64,000 bases of DNA from Auanema rhodensis (lineage: Eukaryota; Animalia; Nematoda): assembly GCA_964057225.1 (NCBI GenBank), contig OZ059894.1:6200001-6264000 (forward strand), given 5' to 3'. Positions 60,933 through 64,000 of the stretch are shown in pieces (position 1 is the stretch's first letter; each line of letters starts with the position of its first letter). The position numbers and the translations under genes are program-made. The notes beneath the pieces are model-generated. The model was given only the letters and a program-made list of their open reading frames with translations. It was not told the origin of the DNA and searched no databases.

Positions 60933-63418
60933 CTAAACAGTCTGAGTAACAGCGGCACCTTCGGCTTTCCATTTGTACTTTGCCGCAGAACTTTCTCCAC
61001 CAGCATTACCACTGCTAGCCGCATCAGGAGCATGATAAAAATAGCAGCTTGCGTTGTAGCATGCAGCTCCGTAACGACAGGGCTAAAATATACACAAAAT
61101 AAAAATATAAAAAACTATTCTATACCTGAGGATGTTTAAATGTACATCCAACCTTAGTGCATCCAGCTCCAAATCGGCAAGGCGTGAACGAGCTCAGCTG
61201 AGGAGGTTCAGCAGCAAGTGGAACAGTAGGCCTAGAGCAAAAATATATTCGTTAACGATTCAATAGCATACCCGACGTCATCAACATCAATAGGTGTTGA
61301 TGAAGCAAGAGGTAGTGGTCTTTTCGGTGGAATAGTAGGCATAGGACCATTTACTTTTCCGCCATGCGTGAAACTACATCCCGACTTCGTACAGTTCATT
61401 CCATATCTACATGGTGGATGAATATACAAGCAACGATTGCCAAATGTACAATTTGGGAAATTTCTGAAAATAATTAGTTATAAAATAACATTTAGAAACA
61501 AATAAATTAGAGCTGAAACTTACGTGCACGTTTTCGATGGATGAGCAAAAGAGCACGAATCACCCAGCCTACAGCTTGGCCAGAACTTGCAACGTTCAGG
61601 AGGTTTTTGTCCATCTTCTTTCTAGAATAAAACTTATACAGCATAAGGGAAAAGTTCAAGATATACCGGCTGGAAATTGCCGCGACTCAACTGATGCGTG
61701 GGAGGTAGCACTTCATCATCGATAACAGTTCTAGCAGAAGCTACGATAGCATCTATTTCATCCTCTAAAAAATTAATTTAGCATATATATAGAAAAGATA
61801 AGTCAGCAAGTCCTACCATCGTCGTCCGACATACCATCGACATTTATTTTACCATCCCATTTCGAATAAGTTGGAGATACCCGTTCATTATTGTCCCTAC
61901 CGTGACTTTCATTTTTCTTTTTTTCTGGGACAAAAACATCTACATAAATATTGTTGAATACACATTATTTTTGATTTTCATACCACTATTGAGCTTTCTT
62001 TTAGTTGCTGCTTTCAGGCAATGTTCCTTTCCACCGTTCAAGGTAACTGTAATACGGGGTCCAGCCTTTTTGTGGTTATTTCCAACAACGAGTCCTGGAT
62101 CATTCTCATCTCTGTATATATTGATTATAGTACCAAATGAGCATCTACACATACTCTTCAGCATCCATAACAATAGATTTGCCTGGTGGCACAGTTAGCC
62201 TGTTAATCAAAGAAGTTTTAGCTGGAGCTTCTTGTGGTTTATATTTTGAAGATGATGGCTAAAAAAATGTATATATATTTTTTGAATATATCTTAAAATT
62301 TATGTACTTTAGCGGCACCTGACGAGCTTCCATACCCGGCACTAGCACTAGCTTCCGATAATGCTTTCATAAACATTTGAGATCTTGATTTAGCTTCTTT
62401 TTCACTGCAAAATTTCGTTTGAAACATAATAAATATTTTAAAAATATACTCTGGAATAGGACGAGGTTTTCTCTTTACAATAACTTGCGATGAAACTCTG
62501 GCCATTTCTGGACTAGCATTCATGTTTCTCGATGTTACTACGGAAGACGGGACCTTGAAATAAATATTTAAATTTATAAAATAACTAAAATACCTTTTTG
62601 AATGCATTTTCATCGGAATCATAGGAAGCTTCAGAGCATGATCTCGACCTGGAACGACGACTCCTTGATTTAGTATTTAATTTGACACGTCGATCTTCTT
62701 CTCTCCTTTAGTGAAAGTAAAATTACAATAATCAAAAAGATAAAAATATAACTATACTTTTCGCGTTCTCTCCGTCTTCTTTCATCCTCTCGTAATCTTT
62801 CCTGTATAATAATAATTATTATTAAAAAATAGAAAATAAATTACCTTTTCTTTTCTTTCTTTTTCACGTTCTTTTTCTTTTTCTCTCTCCTTTTCTCTCT
62901 CACGTTCTTTCTCTCTCTCTCGTTCTCTTTCCTTAGCTTTAGCTCGATTTTTTTCTGTAGAATCAGCTGGTTCACCCTTAGGCTCTCGTGGTCCAGATAC
63001 ATCCTAAAAATTAATCATTTAGTTTCACTTGATAGGAATATTAACTTTTTTTTTATGATCCTCATTAGGCTTAGGTTTCGAAGAACTTCCAGAGCCGCCT
63101 GTTAACCTTTCACACACTTCAAATAACCTGTAACAGAAATTATATATACATATATAATTCCAGTATGAGACGTACCAATCAACAAATGTCCCTGTAGCTT
63201 TTCCCATGAATAGGATTAAGTTGTCCTTCATTTCAGCCATGTCCTTCTTATTAGCTATCATAAGCATTATATACTGAAGAAGGTCTTTGTCTGCAGACAC
63301 ATCGAGTTCTTCCAATTTTGTTTTGATTGCCAACTGAAAACTTAAGTTGCAAAATTTTATAATAGAAGAAACTTACTTTTAATTTGGTAGAAATTTCTTC
63401 TGTAAATGCGGTACCCAT
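60933..63418 (-). CDS. sut-2: ZC3H14/Nab2-type nuclear poly(A)-binding CCCH zinc-finger protein
   Basis: N-terminal PWI-like AIKTKLEEL...LLQYIMLMIANKK...LILFMGKATGTFVDWLF, then an RE/KE-rich tract. Five C-terminal CCCH fingers start at ERCKFWPSC and include NFPNCTFGNRCLYIHPPCRYG, PCRFGAGC and PCRYGAAC. Confidence 0.88.
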
Positions 63419-64000
63419 TTTTGACCACTAAAAAATTATATTAATTTAACATTTTGGTGAAAACTAAATAAAATAATGCATTTTAATCTATTTAACACGT
63501 AAAAATAAACATTTGGAGGTTTATCATAGAATAGGCAAACAACGTCGTTTCGAATTTGCAAAAGTATATTCAAAGTTTGGGGCGTGGCCAGCTGTGCAAC
63601 GGGTGCATGGCAATCTCTCCCCTGGCGAAATATGTTCAACTGTTGATAATCAGCAATAAGATTTACATAAACATTTTAATGTACACATTGAGTTGAGAAC
63701 TTTTTTATAATATAATGTCAATATATTTTTTCATTAAAATAAAAGTAACATTCGCACTGAATTAAATGTTTATCATTGTTAAAATGATATAATCAACATC
63801 GTAGACGTGGATATTTAAACGATATAATTAAGCTTAAGATATTGATCGCAGAATAGGGTGTCCTGTGTAATCTATCATATTGATGATCTATCGCTGAAAC
63901 CTGTGTTCGCGCGATCGTTCTTTCTCTGGTCGTGGTATAATCATGCTCTATGTATTTCAGTTAATGTGATTAATCATTAGTGGGGTGTTTACCTCTTTCT

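Overview
Eukaryotic DNA from a rhabditid (clade V-like) nematode: AT-rich, with mostly 40-60 nt introns and TTTCAG-type acceptors. The ORF track therefore shows only exon fragments, and I spliced the genes by hand. Gene order: secreted Gln/Tyr-rich protein (+), CRAL-TRIO/GOLD lipid-binding protein (+), a rearranged inverted duplicate (8095-9242), two oac-type acyltransferase_3-SGNH paralogs (+) flanking an orphan secreted protein gene that the ORF track misses, an srx-like chemoreceptor (+), a PGPH-type HAD phosphatase (-), a SOL/calpain-15 (+), the large unc-62/Meis locus (-) with alternative first exons and alternative homeodomain exons, an STS/UBASH3-like histidine phosphatase (+), a receptor guanylyl cyclase (-), a small secreted protein (-) and sut-2/ZC3H14 (-). 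Three observations stand out. (1) The guanylyl cyclase ectodomain has a pair of tandem, diverged 112-nt exons separated by a 14-nt spacer that is too short to splice and carries an in-frame stop, the signature of mutually exclusive splicing. (2) A recent inverted duplication with an internal deletion fuses the orphan gene's promoter and signal-peptide exon to the last exon of an oac gene. (3) The two oac paralogs show complementary changes in their SGNH catalytic motifs. No tRNA, rRNA, CRISPR array or transposase was seen.
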